Origin: Aliivibrio fischeri ES114
GTDB taxonomy: Bacteria > Pseudomonadota > Gammaproteobacteria > Enterobacterales > Vibrionaceae
Assembly: GCF_000011805.1 (NCBI RefSeq)
Contig: NC_006840.2
DNA length: 32,000 nucleotides
Strand: one strand, 5' to 3'
Below, piece by piece: positions 1 to 10,962 of this stretch. The stretch's first letter is position 1. Every line of letters starts with the position of its first letter. Below the pieces are notes generated by a model that was not told the origin of the DNA, searched no databases, and was given only the letters and a program-made list of their open reading frames with translations. The position numbers and the translations under genes were made by a program.

Positions 1-1662
1 GAGCGCTCAGATACCAGTGGGGAAATTTATGCCCACTACACCCATGACGATATTTTTGATGTGCGCTCTCAATTTGAACATCAAGTAAGACACAGTTATA
101 TCGCTCTAGAAGATACCCTTTGCCACCTGCTTCCTACTCAACTTTTTCTTAATTTATATAATGAAAATCAAACCTTTTCTGACTACTTCAATAGCAGCCT
201 AGCGAAACGAAAAGCCTTACTCACTCAAGCTAATCAGCAACAGAACTTAGCCGAATTTATTCTCACAAAAGTCGATGATGAAACAACTCAACAATGCCTT
301 ATCGTAGATAGGAATACTCCCTTACAACAAGTCACTCAACTTCTGAAAGACAATAACATGGATGCGTTATTTGTTGAGTTAAACCAATATGATACTCGTC
401 ATCAAGAAACTCAGAACAATTTACCTTTTGGTATTGTCACTCGAACAGACTTACTACACGCCATCATGATTGATGGGTATGCGGCAAACCATCCTGTAGG
501 AGCGATTGCAACTTATCCTATTGTGCATATTCAACAACAATATTATTTGTTTAATGCCATGATGCTAATGACACGCCACCACATAAAAAGAGTTGCAGTA
601 CTAAATAAAAACAAACTGGTTGGCATGCTGGATATGACGCAAGTGCTAAGCCTATTTTCAACTCACTCACATGTTCTTACCTTAAGAATTGCTCGCGCCG
701 AACATATTGATGAGCTTGTCTTAGCAGCAAATACTCAAACTCAACTCGTAGAGACCTTAATCAATAACGGCATTCGAACGCGTTTCATTATGGAACTTAT
801 TTCAACGGTAAATGAGCAGATCATCGAAAAAGCATTTAGCCTAGTGGTACCCAAAAGCTTACATGATCATTGCTGCCTGATTGTGATGGGGTCAGAAGGT
901 CGAGGTGAGCAAATTTTAAAAACCGATCAAGATAATGCACTGATCATAAAAAATGGTCTTGAATGGCATAACTTACCCGAATTAATGAACCAATTTACGC
1001 ATACCTTACAGCAACTCGGTTATCCATTGTGCAAGGGAAATGTGATGGTCAGTAACCCTCTTTGGGTAAAAACAGAACATCAATGGGAGAAACATATTCA
1101 GAAACTGTGTGCCGAACCAAACACTGATAATATGATGAATCTCGCTATTTTCTCAGATGCTCAAGCTGTTGCAGGAAATCAAGCACTACTGTCTCCACTA
1201 AAGCAAATATTGATATCCAAACTCAAAGAGAATGAGATTGCTCTCAGTACTTTTTCTCGACCAGCCCTTCAATTTAATCTGCCATTAACATTTTTTGGAA
1301 ATATCAAAACAAAAAAAGAAGGGATTGATATTAAGCAAGGAGGCATATTCCCCATCGTTCATGGAATTCGAGCGCTATCTTTAGAGCAAGGTATTGAAGA
1401 AACAAACACGTTTAAACGTATCGATGCACTACGTAAACACAACGTATTAGAGCACTCTACAGCAGATAATTTAAATGAAGCACTAAAGTTGTTTTTTAAG
1501 TGGCGTTTGCGCCATCAACTACAAGAAAAAACTGGTATTCCAAGTAACCATATTCATATTGACCGCCTCGACCGTACTGAGCGAGACCTCTTACGCCACA
1601 GCTTACACATAGTAAAAAAGTTCAAAGAATGGCTTGGTTATCATTACCAAATAAGGGATTAA
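1..1662 (+). CDS. DUF294-type nucleotidyltransferase-like protein with CBS domain pair; 5' end lies outside the window
   Basis: ORF 61..1662, but the same frame is open to base 1 (ERSDTSGEIYAHYTHDDIFDVRSQFEH...). CBS-like segments followed by nucleotidyltransferase-like motif MGSEGRGEQILKTDQDNALI. Confidence 0.85.
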   Translation, partial: ERSDTSGEIYAHYTHDDIFDVRSQFEHQVRHSYIALEDTLCHLLPTQLFLNLYNENQTFSDYFNSSLAKRKALLTQANQQQNLAEFILTKVDDETTQQCLIVDRNTPLQQVTQLLKDNNMDALFVELNQYDTRHQETQNNLPFGIVTRTDLLHAIMIDGYAANHPVGAIATYPIVHIQQQYYLFNAMMLMTRHHIKRVAVLNKNKLVGMLDMTQVLSLFSTHSHVLTLRIARAEHIDELVLAANTQTQLVETLINNGIRTRFIMELISTVNEQIIEKAFSLVVPKSLHDHCCLIVMGSEGRGEQILKTDQDNALIIKNGLEWHNLPELMNQFTHTLQQLGYPLCKGNVMVSNPLWVKTEHQWEKHIQKLCAEPNTDNMMNLAIFSDAQAVAGNQALLSPLKQILISKLKENEIALSTFSRPALQFNLPLTFFGNIKTKKEGIDIKQGGIFPIVHGIRALSLEQGIEETNTFKRIDALRKHNVLEHSTADNLNEALKLFFKWRLRHQLQEKTGIPSNHIHIDRLDRTERDLLRHSLHIVKKFKEWLGYHYQIRD

Positions 1663-1665
1663 ACG

Positions 1666-2307
1666 ATGAATTATTTACAACGATTATGGTGGCAATATAA
1701 GTTACGATCCCATAAAAACTTATCTCTTTTTCATCATTATTCTGGCGATGAGTTGGTGTCTATTGATTGTGAAACAACGAGTCTAAACCCCAACCATGCC
1801 GAATTGGTTTCTATTGCTGCTATCAAAATTAAAAATAATAGAGTGTTAACCAGTCAGACAATTCATTTAAAGCTGACGCCACCACAAAGCCTAAACTCCG
1901 ATTCAATCAAAATACACCAATTAAGGCATCAAGATCTCCATCATGGGCTATCCGAACAACAAGCGATGACTCAATTGCTTGAATTTATCGGTAATCGCCA
2001 TATTGTTGGATACCATATCCGCTATGACAAAAAGATTTTAGATCGAGCTTGCTTGCGTCATTTTTCTCATCCTTTACCCAATTCGCTGATTGAAGTTAGT
2101 CATATCTACCATAATAAATTGGAACGACTACTACCCAATGCGTATTACGATTTAAGTATTGAAGCTATCTCCAAACATTTGGGATTACCACAAGCTGACA
2201 GGCATGATGCACTTGAAGATGCGATAGCCGCTGCGCTTATTTATGTGCGTTTAACTCATGGTGACTTCCCTGACATTCCCTCAAGTAAAAACGCTCATAG
2301 TTACTGA
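1666..2307 (+). CDS. DnaQ-like 3'-5' exonuclease family protein
   Basis: DEDD exonuclease motifs: SIDCETTSLNP, VGYHIRYDKKILDR, HDALEDAIAAA. Starts 3 nt after the upstream stop. Confidence 0.85.
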   Translation: MNYLQRLWWQYKLRSHKNLSLFHHYSGDELVSIDCETTSLNPNHAELVSIAAIKIKNNRVLTSQTIHLKLTPPQSLNSDSIKIHQLRHQDLHHGLSEQQAMTQLLEFIGNRHIVGYHIRYDKKILDRACLRHFSHPLPNSLIEVSHIYHNKLERLLPNAYYDLSIEAISKHLGLPQADRHDALEDAIAAALIYVRLTHGDFPDIPSSKNAHSY

Positions 2308-2511
2308 TCTGTGTCTCAAAAAATGACTGATTTCCCCCTCAATATTCAGTAAACCCTTCTTTCTCTGACTAAAGTCTAATTGTTGAAAACACATTTCTAG
2401 CTGAAAGTAATATCAACCTTACAAATAAAAAAGCAGTACCAATGACGGTGCTGTACTGAAATCCAATAATAAATAAATCTGGATATTTGCTGTATTCACA
2501 AGGAGAACAAC

Positions 2512-4461
2512 ATGAGTGAGATTCACGTGTACCCGGTCAATCAAGATATCGCTAATAATGCACACGCTGATGATGATAAATATCGTGAAATGTACCAGCA
2601 ATCCGTTATCAACCCTGAAGGATTTTGGCGTGAGCATGGACAAATTGTTGATTGGATGACTCCTTACACCAAAGTTAAAAACACCTCTTTTGATACGGGT
2701 CATGTTGATATTAAGTGGTTTGAAGATGGTGAACTTAATGTATCGGCAAACTGTATTGATCGTCATTTAGCCACCCGAGGTAATGACGTTGCCATTATTT
2801 GGGAAGGCGATGACCCACAAGACGATGCCTCTATTACCTTTAATGAACTGCATGAGCAAGTTTGTAAATTCTCTAATACACTAAAAAGCCAAGGCGTTCG
2901 TAAAGGCGATGTGGTTTGTATTTATATGCCAATGGTGGCAGAAGCGGCTGTTGCGATGCTGGCTTGTACTCGCATCGGCGCTGTTCATACCGTGGTATTT
3001 GGTGGTTTCTCACCAGAAGCTCTCGCAGGTCGAATCATTGATTCGGATGCAAAAGTCGTGATTACTGCGGATGAAGGCGTTCGCGGCGGACGTACCGTTC
3101 CACTGAAAAAGAATGTTGATGATGCACTGAATAATCCAGACGTAACCACCATTGAAAAAGTCGTGGTATTTCAACGTACAGGTAATGACATTGAATGGTC
3201 TGAAGGACGTGATGTTTGGTGGCACGAAGCAACGGCTGTTGCCTCCCCACATTGTGAACCAGAAGCAATGAATGCCGAAGACCCTCTATTTATCCTTTAT
3301 ACCTCAGGCTCAACAGGAAAACCTAAAGGTGTACTTCATACCACTGGCGGCTACCTTGTCTATGCAGCCATAACCTTTAAATATATTTTCGATTATCAAG
3401 AAGGTGAAGTGTTCTGGTGTACTGCGGATGTTGGTTGGATCACAGGTCATACTTACTTAATTTATGGCCCTCTTGCTAATGGAGCTAAAACCATCTTGTT
3501 TGAAGGAGTACCGAATTACCCAAGCACGAGCCGCATGAGTGAAGTGGTAGATAAACATAATGTTAATATTCTATACACAGCACCAACAGCCATCAGAGCA
3601 CTTATGGCTCAAGGCACTGAAGCGGTTCAAGGTACATCGCGCAGCTCACTACGAGTCATGGGCTCGGTAGGTGAACCAATCAACCCTGAAGCATGGGAAT
3701 GGTATTACAACACAATTGGTGATGCCCGTTGCCCTATTGTTGATACATGGTGGCAAACAGAAACGGGAGGCATTTTAATTTCCCCTCTTCCTGGTGCAAC
3801 AGCATTAAAACCAGGATCAGCGACTCGTCCATTCTTTGGTGTTCAACCCGCTTTAGTGGATAATATGGGTAATATTATTGAAGGAGCTACTGACGGGAAC
3901 CTTGTCATTACCGACTCTTGGCCGGGACAAATGCGAACCATTTATGGTGACCATGACCGCTTTGAACAAACTTACTTTTCTACCTTTAAAGGCATGTATT
4001 TTACCAGTGACGGCGCTCGACGAGATGAAGATGGTTATTACTGGATCACTGGACGTGTTGATGACGTATTAAACGTATCAGGCCACCGCATGGGAACAGC
4101 CGAAGTTGAATCTGCATTAGTGGCGTTTGATAAAATTGCTGAAGCTGCAATTGTTGGCGTACCACATGATATTAAAGGCCAAGCGATTTATGCCTATATC
4201 ACCCTAAATTCAGGCGAAATTCCAAGCGCAGAGCTACATAAAGAAGTCAAAGACTGGGTTAGAAAAGAAATTGGACCGATTGCTACTCCTGACTTTTTAC
4301 ATTGGACTGATTCATTACCTAAAACCCGTTCAGGCAAAATTATGCGTCGAATCCTTCGTAAAATAGCGACAGGAGATACCTCTAATCTAGGAGATACCTC
4401 GACACTAGCTGATCCAAGTGTGGTTGATAAGCTGATCGAAGAACAAAGAAAGATAGCTTAA
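2512..4461 (+). CDS. acs: Acetyl-CoA synthetase
   Basis: 649 aa; [14 protein letters not shown]-binding motif, [27 protein letters not shown]-terminal [11 protein letters not shown] acetylation-site motif. Confidence 0.98.
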   Translation: MSEIHVYPVNQDIANNAHADDDKYREMYQQSVINPEGFWREHGQIVDWMTPYTKVKNTSFDTGHVDIKWFEDGELNVSANCIDRHLATRGNDVAIIWEGDDPQDDASITFNELHEQVCKFSNTLKSQGVRKGDVVCIYMPMVAEAAVAMLACTRIGAVHTVVFGGFSPEALAGRIIDSDAKVVITADEGVRGGRTVPLKKNVDDALNNPDVTTIEKVVVFQRTGNDIEWSEGRDVWWHEATAVASPHCEPEAMNAEDPLFILYTSGSTGKPKGVLHTTGGYLVYAAITFKYIFDYQEGEVFWCTADVGWITGHTYLIYGPLANGAKTILFEGVPNYPSTSRMSEVVDKHNVNILYTAPTAIRALMAQGTEAVQGTSRSSLRVMGSVGEPINPEAWEWYYNTIGDARCPIVDTWWQTETGGILISPLPGATALKPGSATRPFFGVQPALVDNMGNIIEGATDGNLVITDSWPGQMRTIYGDHDRFEQTYFSTFKGMYFTSDGARRDEDGYYWITGRVDDVLNVSGHRMGTAEVESALVAFDKIAEAAIVGVPHDIKGQAIYAYITLNSGEIPSAELHKEVKDWVRKEIGPIATPDFLHWTDSLPKTRSGKIMRRILRKIATGDTSNLGDTSTLADPSVVDKLIEEQRKIA

Positions 4462-4510
4462 CCAAATATAAGCGTTCTAAAACATAACATTAACGCGTAA
4501 ATTTTAATTA

Positions 4511-4545
4511 AAAGTCATCATAGATTTTCTGTGATGACTTTTTTG
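4511..4545 (+). terminator. Rho-independent terminator downstream of acs
   Basis: AAAGTCATCA / TGATGACTTT stem followed by a T tract. Confidence 0.7.
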
Positions 4546-4916
4546 ATGTGACGTTTAGCTCAAATTTACAGATATCTTATTTCTTTCCTTATTCCTTGCT
4601 AATAAACAAAATCAAAAACAGTATAATTACTCAACAAGTTAGAAAGTATTTGTTAACTAACAGATAATACTGCAGAACTTTGTTACTTTCTTTGGCTCTA
4701 ATTATCACTTTTGAGTCAAAATGTGTTCTATTCTCTATACTCGATATGAAACTTAGAGCTGATAAGACCAGTATTTTGCTGCGATTTGCTGTGAATTGTC
4801 TATAATTGCTTTTTATGTGGTATTGCAAAGTGAAAAATTGCAATAAACCAACAAATCGAATATAAAAGATGTGCTTTTTTTACTTTAACCGTAAAAACAA
4901 GGAATTTAGCATCACG

Positions 4917-5366
4917 ATGTCTACTCAATCGCGAATTTTAGTTCTCAATGGACCAAACCTTAATCTATTAGGTTTGCGTGAACCTGCCCATTATGGCAGC
5001 CAAAACTTAGAGCAAATTGTTAATGCTTTGACTATTCAAGCCGATGCTTTGGATATAAAACTCGAACATTTACAATCTAATCGTGAATATGAGTTGATTG
5101 AAGCTATCCATAATGCTTATCAACGTATTGATTTCATTATCATAAACCCTGCGGCTTTTACGCATACGAGTGTTGCCTTACGCGATGCTCTACTTGGGGT
5201 TAATATTCCTTTTATTGAAGTACATTTATCGAATGTCCACGCTCGTGAACCCTTTCGCCACCACTCTTATCTTTCCGATAAAGCCGTTGGTGTCATTTGT
5301 GGTTTAGGGGCCGATGGTTACGAATTTGCTTTGAATGCAGCAGCAAAACGTCTGCGTTCAAATTGA
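4917..5366 (+). CDS. aroQ: 3-dehydroquinate dehydratase, type II
   Basis: [23 protein letters not shown]..., [36 protein letters not shown]; ATG at 4917 inside ORF 4869..5366. Confidence 0.97.
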   Translation: MSTQSRILVLNGPNLNLLGLREPAHYGSQNLEQIVNALTIQADALDIKLEHLQSNREYELIEAIHNAYQRIDFIIINPAAFTHTSVALRDALLGVNIPFIEVHLSNVHAREPFRHHSYLSDKAVGVICGLGADGYEFALNAAAKRLRSN

Positions 5367-5396
5367 TCACTGAATATAAACAGAAGAGATTACAAA

Positions 5397-5855
5397 ATGG
5401 ATATCCGCAAAATTAAAAAACTGATTGAACTAGTTGAAGAGTCTGGCATTGCAGAACTTGAAATCGCGGAAGGTGAAGAATCAGTACGCATCAGCCGTGC
5501 TATCGCACCAATTGCTCAAGTAGCTCCTGTTCAAGCAGTTGCGGCTCCTGCTGCACCAGTAGCAGCGGCAGCTCCAGTTGCATCAGCACCTGCAGCAGTT
5601 GAAGCTCCAGCAGAAATTGCTGGCCATAAAGTTTGTTCTCCAATGGTTGGTACTTTCTACGGTGCACCAAGCCCTGATGCAAAACCATTTATTAAAGTTG
5701 GCCAACAAGTAACTGCTGGCGATACACTATGTATCGTTGAAGCAATGAAAATGATGAACCAAATCGAAGCAGACAAATCAGGCGTTGTAACTGCAATTCT
5801 TCTTGAAGATGGTCAACCGGTTGAGTTCGACCAACCTCTTGTTATCATCGAATAA
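5397..5855 (+). CDS. accB: Biotin carboxyl carrier protein of acetyl-CoA carboxylase
   Basis: Ala/Pro linker followed by the biotinyl domain with the EAMKMMN biotinylation motif. Confidence 0.98.
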   Translation: MDIRKIKKLIELVEESGIAELEIAEGEESVRISRAIAPIAQVAPVQAVAAPAAPVAAAAPVASAPAAVEAPAEIAGHKVCSPMVGTFYGAPSPDAKPFIKVGQQVTAGDTLCIVEAMKMMNQIEADKSGVVTAILLEDGQPVEFDQPLVIIE

Positions 5856-5866
5856 TAGAGGCTGTT

Positions 5867-7210
5867 ATGTTAGATAAATTAGTTATCGCAAACCGTGGTG
5901 AAATTGCACTACGTATTTTGCGAGCATGTAAAGAGCTTGGCATCAAAACGGTTGCTGTGCACTCTACTGCTGACCGTGATTTAAAACACGTACTGCTTGC
6001 AGATGAAACGATTTGTATCGGTCCTGCACGTGGTATCGACAGCTACCTAAACATCCCTCGTATCATCAGTGCTGCTGAAGTTACAGGTGCGGTTGCGGTT
6101 CACCCAGGTTACGGTTTCTTATCTGAAAATGCTGACTTCGCAGAGCAAGTTGAGCGTTCTGGCTTTATCTTTGTTGGTCCAAAAGCAGAAACTATCCGCA
6201 TGATGGGCGACAAAGTATCAGCAATCACTGCAATGAAAAAAGCAGGCGTACCTTGTGTACCTGGTTCTGATGGTCCACTAGATAACGATGAAGCGAAAAA
6301 CAAAGCACACGCAAAACGCATTGGTTACCCAGTAATCATTAAAGCGTCTGGCGGCGGCGGTGGTCGTGGTATGCGTGTTGTTCGCGCAGAAAAAGACCTT
6401 GTTGAAGCAATTGCAATGACTCGTGCAGAAGCAAAAGCATGTTTCAATAACGAAATGGTTTACATGGAAAAATTCCTTGAAAACCCTCGTCACATTGAAG
6501 TTCAAGTTCTTGCTGATGGCCAAGGTAACGCAATTCACTTAGGTGAACGTGACTGTTCTATGCAACGTCGCCACCAAAAAGTAGTTGAAGAAGCGCCAGC
6601 TCCAGGTATTACTGAAGAGATGCGTAAATACATCGGTGAACGTTGTACTCGTGCATGTCTTGAAATTGGTTACCGTGGTGCAGGTACATTTGAATTCCTA
6701 TATGAAAACGGCGAATTCTACTTCATCGAAATGAATACACGTATTCAGGTTGAGCACACTATTACCGAAATGGTAACAGGTATCGACCTAGTGAAAGAGC
6801 AACTACGTATTGCTGCGGGTCAACCGCTATCTTACACACAAGATGATATCAAACTGCGTGGTCACTCAATTGAGTGTCGTATCAATGCTGAAGATCCAGT
6901 TCGTTTCCTACCTTCACCAGGTAAGATTGAACGCTTCCATGCTCCAGGTGGTATGGGTGTACGTTGGGAATCTCACATCTACACAGGCTACACAGTTCCA
7001 CCTCATTACGATTCAATGATCGGTAAGCTAATTACTTACGGTGAAAACCGTGACGTTGCTATCGCTCGTATGAAAAACGCATTAGGTGAAATGATTGTTG
7101 AAGGTATTCACGTGAATACACCACTTCAATTAGCAATCATGAATGATGAAAACTTCCAACATGGTGGTGCAAATATTCACTATCTTGAGAAGAAACTAGG
7201 CCTACAATAA
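5867..7210 (+). CDS. accC: Biotin carboxylase subunit of acetyl-CoA carboxylase
   Basis: 447 aa; [24 protein letters not shown]-grasp [40 protein letters not shown]. Confidence 0.98.
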   Translation: MLDKLVIANRGEIALRILRACKELGIKTVAVHSTADRDLKHVLLADETICIGPARGIDSYLNIPRIISAAEVTGAVAVHPGYGFLSENADFAEQVERSGFIFVGPKAETIRMMGDKVSAITAMKKAGVPCVPGSDGPLDNDEAKNKAHAKRIGYPVIIKASGGGGGRGMRVVRAEKDLVEAIAMTRAEAKACFNNEMVYMEKFLENPRHIEVQVLADGQGNAIHLGERDCSMQRRHQKVVEEAPAPGITEEMRKYIGERCTRACLEIGYRGAGTFEFLYENGEFYFIEMNTRIQVEHTITEMVTGIDLVKEQLRIAAGQPLSYTQDDIKLRGHSIECRINAEDPVRFLPSPGKIERFHAPGGMGVRWESHIYTGYTVPPHYDSMIGKLITYGENRDVAIARMKNALGEMIVEGIHVNTPLQLAIMNDENFQHGGANIHYLEKKLGLQ

Positions 7211-7245
7211 GCCTTTTCTAATCATTCAATAAATAAGAACGAATT

Positions 7246-7281
7246 AAAGACGGTGAGTATGATTACTCACCGTCTTTTTTT
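7246..7281 (+). terminator. Rho-independent terminator downstream of accBC
   Basis: AAAGACGGTGAGTA-TGAT-TACTCACCGTCTTT perfect 14-bp stem plus T tract. Confidence 0.85.
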
Positions 7282-7326
7282 GTGTTAAAATCGCCCACAT
7301 TTTCGACTAAAACAAAAGTGATCCCC

Positions 7327-8211
7327 ATGCCTTGGATTCAAGTAAAACTAAATGCAACCTCTGAAAACGCTGAACAGATCGGTGATATGTTAATGGAAGA
7401 GACTGGCGCTCTATCTATTACTTTTTTAGACGCTAAAGATACGCCTGTATTTGAACCTCTTCCGGGTGAAACTCGCCTGTGGGGTGAAACGGATATTCTT
7501 GCTCTTTATGATGCAGAAGCGGACATGGATTTTGTTATTACTCAATTAAAAGCAAGCCGTCTTCTTGAGGAAGGTTTTGCACATAAAATTGAACAACTTG
7601 AAGATAAAGATTGGGAACGTGAGTGGATGGATAACTTCCACCCGATGCAGTTTGGTAAACGTCTATGGATTTGCCCAAGCTGGCGTGAAATTCCAGAGCC
7701 CGATGCTGTAAATGTAATGCTAGACCCAGGCCTTGCTTTTGGTACTGGTACACACCCAACAACGTCTCTTTGTCTTGAATGGCTAGAAGGATTAGATCTT
7801 GAAGGCAAAACCGTTGTCGATTTTGGTTGTGGTTCTGGCATTTTAGCGATCGCAGCGATCAAATTAGGTGCAGCTAAAGTTATCGGGATCGACATTGATC
7901 CTCAAGCAATCTTAGCATCAAAAGACAACGCAACTCGTAACGGCGTTGCAGATCAAATTGAACTATACCTTCCTCAAGACCAACCAGAAGGTCTCATCGC
8001 TGACGTAGTTGTTGCAAACATTCTTGCAGGCCCACTACGCGAGCTTTCAGGCATCATTACCTCTCTAGTTAAGCCGCAAGGTCAACTAGCTATGTCAGGC
8101 GTATTAGACACGCAGGCAGAAGATGTAGCGTCATACTATGCTGAACAATTCGACTTAGATGCGATTGTTGAGCAACAAGAATGGTGCCGAATCTCAGGTA
8201 AAAAGAAATAA
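7327..8211 (+). CDS. prmA: Ribosomal protein L11 methyltransferase
   Basis: Internal ATG at 7327 gives [20 protein letters not shown]..., [36 protein letters not shown]. Confidence 0.96.
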   Translation: MPWIQVKLNATSENAEQIGDMLMEETGALSITFLDAKDTPVFEPLPGETRLWGETDILALYDAEADMDFVITQLKASRLLEEGFAHKIEQLEDKDWEREWMDNFHPMQFGKRLWICPSWREIPEPDAVNVMLDPGLAFGTGTHPTTSLCLEWLEGLDLEGKTVVDFGCGSGILAIAAIKLGAAKVIGIDIDPQAILASKDNATRNGVADQIELYLPQDQPEGLIADVVVANILAGPLRELSGIITSLVKPQGQLAMSGVLDTQAEDVASYYAEQFDLDAIVEQQEWCRISGKKK

Positions 8212-8332
8212 GCACTGCGCTTTTTTGATAAAACTTCAATGCCACAATACTAAATTTGAGGCATGAAACCGCCTAATTGACTGAATTATAGACAATTTAC
8301 AAAAAGAAAATGTAAATGCTCAAAATTTGCTC

Positions 8333-8369
8333 TTTTCAGGCGGGGAAAAAATGCGTAAAATGCGCGCCC
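8333..8369 (+). promoter_or_regulatory. Candidate sigma70 promoter with GC-rich discriminator for dusB-fis
   Basis: TTTTCA (8333-8338), 17-nt spacer, TAAAAT (8356-8361), then GCGCGCCC. This architecture is typical of growth-rate/stringently controlled fis promoters. Confidence 0.6.
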
Positions 8370-8396
8370 TTGCTGACACAAACGTGTGTGGATGTT

Positions 8397-9365
8397 TTGC
8401 AGATAGGTCAATATACATTAAAAAATAATCTTATCGTTGCACCAATGGCTGGTGTTACTGATAGGCCCTTTCGTGAGTTGTGTATGCGTTATGGCGCAGG
8501 CATGGCTGTGAGCGAAATGATGTCTTCTAATCCGAAACTGTGGAAAACATCTAAGTCCCAAAACCGCATGGTACATGAAGGTGAATCTGGTATTCGCTCG
8601 GTACAAATTGCAGGGGCTGATCCAAAGTTAATGGCGGAAGCAGCGCAACACTGTGTTGAAACCGGTGCGCAAATCATCGATATCAACATGGGATGCCCTG
8701 CAAAAAAAGTGAATAAGAAGCTAGCAGGCTCAGCACTATTACAGCGCCCAGATCTTATTGAAGAGATCTTACTGGCTGTAGTTAATGCTGTTGATGTTCC
8801 TGTCACTCTGAAAACTCGCACAGGCTGGGATCCAGACAATAGAAATTGTGTTCAGGTTGCAAAAATGGCTGAACAATGTGGCATCCAAGCTTTAGCGCTT
8901 CATGGGCGTACCAGAGCTTGTATGTACAAAGGTGAAGCTGAGTACGACAACATTAAAGCGGTAAAAGAAGCGATTTCTATTCCGGTTATAGCGAACGGTG
9001 ATATCGACTCGCCGGAGAAGGCTCGTTTTGTGCTTGATTACACAGGCGCAGACGCTTTGATGATCGGCCGTCCTGCACAAGGTAGGCCATGGATTTTTAA
9101 AGAAATCCAACATTACTTAGAAACGGGCGAACTCATGCCACCTCTTCCAATTGAAGAAGTGAAGGCCACTTTACTTGGCCATGTTCATGCGCTTCACCAA
9201 TTTTATGGTGAGTTTTTAGGTCCTCGCATTGCACGTAAGCATGTGGGTTGGTACCTAAAAGAGCATGAGCAAGCAAATGATTTCCGCCGCAGCTTTAACG
9301 CGATAGAGGATGCTTCATTGCAACTCTCTCAACTTGAAAGCTATTTCGACCACGTTGCATCATAA
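8397..9365 (+). CDS. dusB: tRNA-dihydrouridine synthase B; the start is probably TTG 8397 (or GTG 8388), not the ORF-track start 8316
   Basis: [62 protein letters not shown]; immediately upstream of fis. Confidence 0.9.
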   Translation: MQIGQYTLKNNLIVAPMAGVTDRPFRELCMRYGAGMAVSEMMSSNPKLWKTSKSQNRMVHEGESGIRSVQIAGADPKLMAEAAQHCVETGAQIIDINMGCPAKKVNKKLAGSALLQRPDLIEEILLAVVNAVDVPVTLKTRTGWDPDNRNCVQVAKMAEQCGIQALALHGRTRACMYKGEAEYDNIKAVKEAISIPVIANGDIDSPEKARFVLDYTGADALMIGRPAQGRPWIFKEIQHYLETGELMPPLPIEEVKATLLGHVHALHQFYGEFLGPRIARKHVGWYLKEHEQANDFRRSFNAIEDASLQLSQLESYFDHVAS

Positions 9366-9387
9366 TAAAAGAAGAGCTAAACAGAAT

Positions 9388-9684
9388 ATGTTCGATCAAT
9401 CTATGACTTCAGAAGCATTAACAGTTACAACAGTTACAGCACAAGACCAAATTACTCAGAAACCACTACGTGACTCTGTTAAGGCTTCGCTGAAAAACTA
9501 CTTAGGCCAACTAAACGGTCAAGAAGTTAACGACTTATATGAATTAGTATTAGCTGAAGTAGAGCAACCTCTACTAGACATGATCATGCAGCATACTCGC
9601 GGCAACCAAACAAAAGCAGCAAACATGATGGGTATCAACCGTGGTACTCTTCGTAAGAAACTTAAAAAATACGGCATGAACTAA
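9388..9684 (+). CDS. fis: DNA-binding protein Fis
   Basis: 98 aa from ATG 9388; C-terminal ...[38 protein letters not shown]. Confidence 0.98.
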   Translation: MFDQSMTSEALTVTTVTAQDQITQKPLRDSVKASLKNYLGQLNGQEVNDLYELVLAEVEQPLLDMIMQHTRGNQTKAANMMGINRGTLRKKLKKYGMN

Positions 9685-9707
9685 TCCACGCCTTATTTGA
9701 AAAATTT

Positions 9708-9740
9708 AAAGCAGTGTTAAGCAATTAACGCTGCTTTTTT
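9708..9740 (+). terminator. Rho-independent terminator downstream of fis
   Basis: AAAGCAGTGTTAA-GCAA-TTAACGCTGCTTTTTT stem (one G-U pair) plus T tract. Confidence 0.8.
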
Positions 9741-9758
9741 ATATCTGCCAAATAAATA

Positions 9759-9806
9759 ATACCAATCGTAGTAAATAACTGATCACTTACTTACAGTGAT
9801 TGATAT
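9759..9806. repeat. MITE-like or palindromic repeat remnant (tentative)
   Basis: Imperfect inverted repeats ATACCAATC (9759-9767) / GATTGATAT (9798-9806) around an inner ATCACT...AGTGAT hairpin, nested in an outer TATATCTG (9740-9747) / CAGATATA (9809-9816). Confidence 0.35.
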
Positions 9807-9817
9807 AACAGATATAA

Positions 9818-9852
9818 AAAAACCGATACGCATTGCTGCTGTATCGGTTTTT
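9818..9852. terminator. Probable bidirectional terminator at the 3' end of the minus-strand ORF 9866..10174
   Basis: AAAACCGATAC...GTATCGGTTTT stem flanked by A and T tracts. Confidence 0.6.
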
Positions 9853-9865
9853 CTTGTTTACTCTA

Positions 9866-10174
9866 CTATGGCGGCCATGCTCGTTTCTTGCCACCACCAG
9901 CGCCTGCGCCCGAGCGAATAAGCTCTACTGCTTTTGCTGTTTTTTCTTCAATACCTTTTAAACGCTCATCAAGTTCACTTAAATCAGCTGCGGCTCCCGC
10001 TGTACTCGTACCTTGAGTACCACCACCATCAACCATTTTCGCGATCTTGGCGTTCTGAGCTTCAATACGCTTAATGCGAGCATCAAGCTCCATTACCGCT
10101 CTACCTTGCTCACTGATTTTTTTATCGATAACTTTCAGAGCGGAAAGCAATTTCATTACGTATTGTTTTTCCAT
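9866..10174 (-). CDS. Small hypothetical coiled-coil protein, 102 aa
   Basis: Complete ORF; two helical segments separated by a Gly/Thr/Ala linker; C-terminal GAGAGGGKKRAWPP tail; followed by a stem-loop. Confidence 0.65.
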   Translation of the reverse strand: MEKQYVMKLLSALKVIDKKISEQGRAVMELDARIKRIEAQNAKIAKMVDGGGTQGTSTAGAAADLSELDERLKGIEEKTAKAVELIRSGAGAGGGKKRAWPP

Positions 10175-10263
10175 TAATCGGCTCTCACCTAACTTTCGCT
10201 CATATTGGTCTATTGTAGTTATCGACTATTTTATCAACTTCTTTAATAAACACGCACAACTAT

Positions 10264-10683
10264 TTAGTCTTTTTTCTCTTCTAATTCAGCTAACGCAGAA
10301 AGAATAGAACAGTGAGAAGCATCTTCATCAACATGACCACAACAAGCATCATTTATACTCTTTAATGCAAGGCGAATGTCTGTTAGTTGAGCGATCTTTT
10401 CGTCAATAATATTTAACTTAGATTGAGTAATGGCTTTTACTTCTGCACAACTGTGTTTTGTTGCTTCTAATCTAATCGCTAATAATTCTTGAATTTCATC
10501 CAATGCGAGACCAAGTTGCTTCGCCTTTAGAATAAAACGAATTTGAGCCAGATTGTCATCATTATACAAACGGTAACCGCTGCTACTTCTTCCTGATGGC
10601 ACAAGAAGACCATTTTTTTCGTAAAAACGTAATGTGTCGCTCGTAACATTACATTGTTTAGCTAACTCACCAATTAAATACAT
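10264..10683 (-). CDS. zntR: MerR-family Zn(II)-responsive transcriptional regulator, ZntR-like
   Basis: MYLIGELAKQCNVTSDTLRFYEKNGLLVPSGRSSSGYRLY plus metal-binding C-terminal CCGHVDEDASHCSIL. Confidence 0.85.
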   Translation of the reverse strand: MYLIGELAKQCNVTSDTLRFYEKNGLLVPSGRSSSGYRLYNDDNLAQIRFILKAKQLGLALDEIQELLAIRLEATKHSCAEVKAITQSKLNIIDEKIAQLTDIRLALKSINDACCGHVDEDASHCSILSALAELEEKKD

Positions 10684-10758
10684 TTTTGCTTCTTATTCCT
10701 CTTTACTTCACTCTATTTTGATTCTTTTTAAAGAAAAAGGGCATCTTTTTTTGCGAAT

Positions 10759-10774
10759 GCAATCGATTGCGCGA
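10759..10774. promoter_or_regulatory. Candidate PurR operator upstream of purHD
   Basis: ATGCAATCGATTGCGC closely matches the E. coli PurR consensus ANGCAANCGNTTNCNT (only the last base deviates). Confidence 0.65.
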
Positions 10775-10962
10775 GCTTTTTTGTTTAACTTTAGTTAGAA
10801 TATTCGCCAATAGGTTGATCTGATGTTTCGCACTTTACTCTTTTTAGGGTGTTTTCCAAAACTGGCCAATTGCTGTTTATTGATTCATATGAAATGAAAA
10901 ATAACAGAACAAGTTCATTTTTGGCAAAAATCCTAACTTAATTCTAAAGGAAGAAAGTAGCA

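Noticed and set aside
2419-2766. Minus-strand ORF of 115 aa
   Set aside because: Overlaps the start of acs on the opposite strand and has no recognisable domain; likely spurious.
4631-4843. Minus-strand 70-aa ORF in the acs-aroQ spacer
   Set aside because: Short, no recognisable motif, in AT-rich intergenic sequence; insufficient support.
7542-7895. Minus-strand ORFs within prmA (also 7538..7762)
   Set aside because: Antisense to confidently identified prmA, no domain signature.
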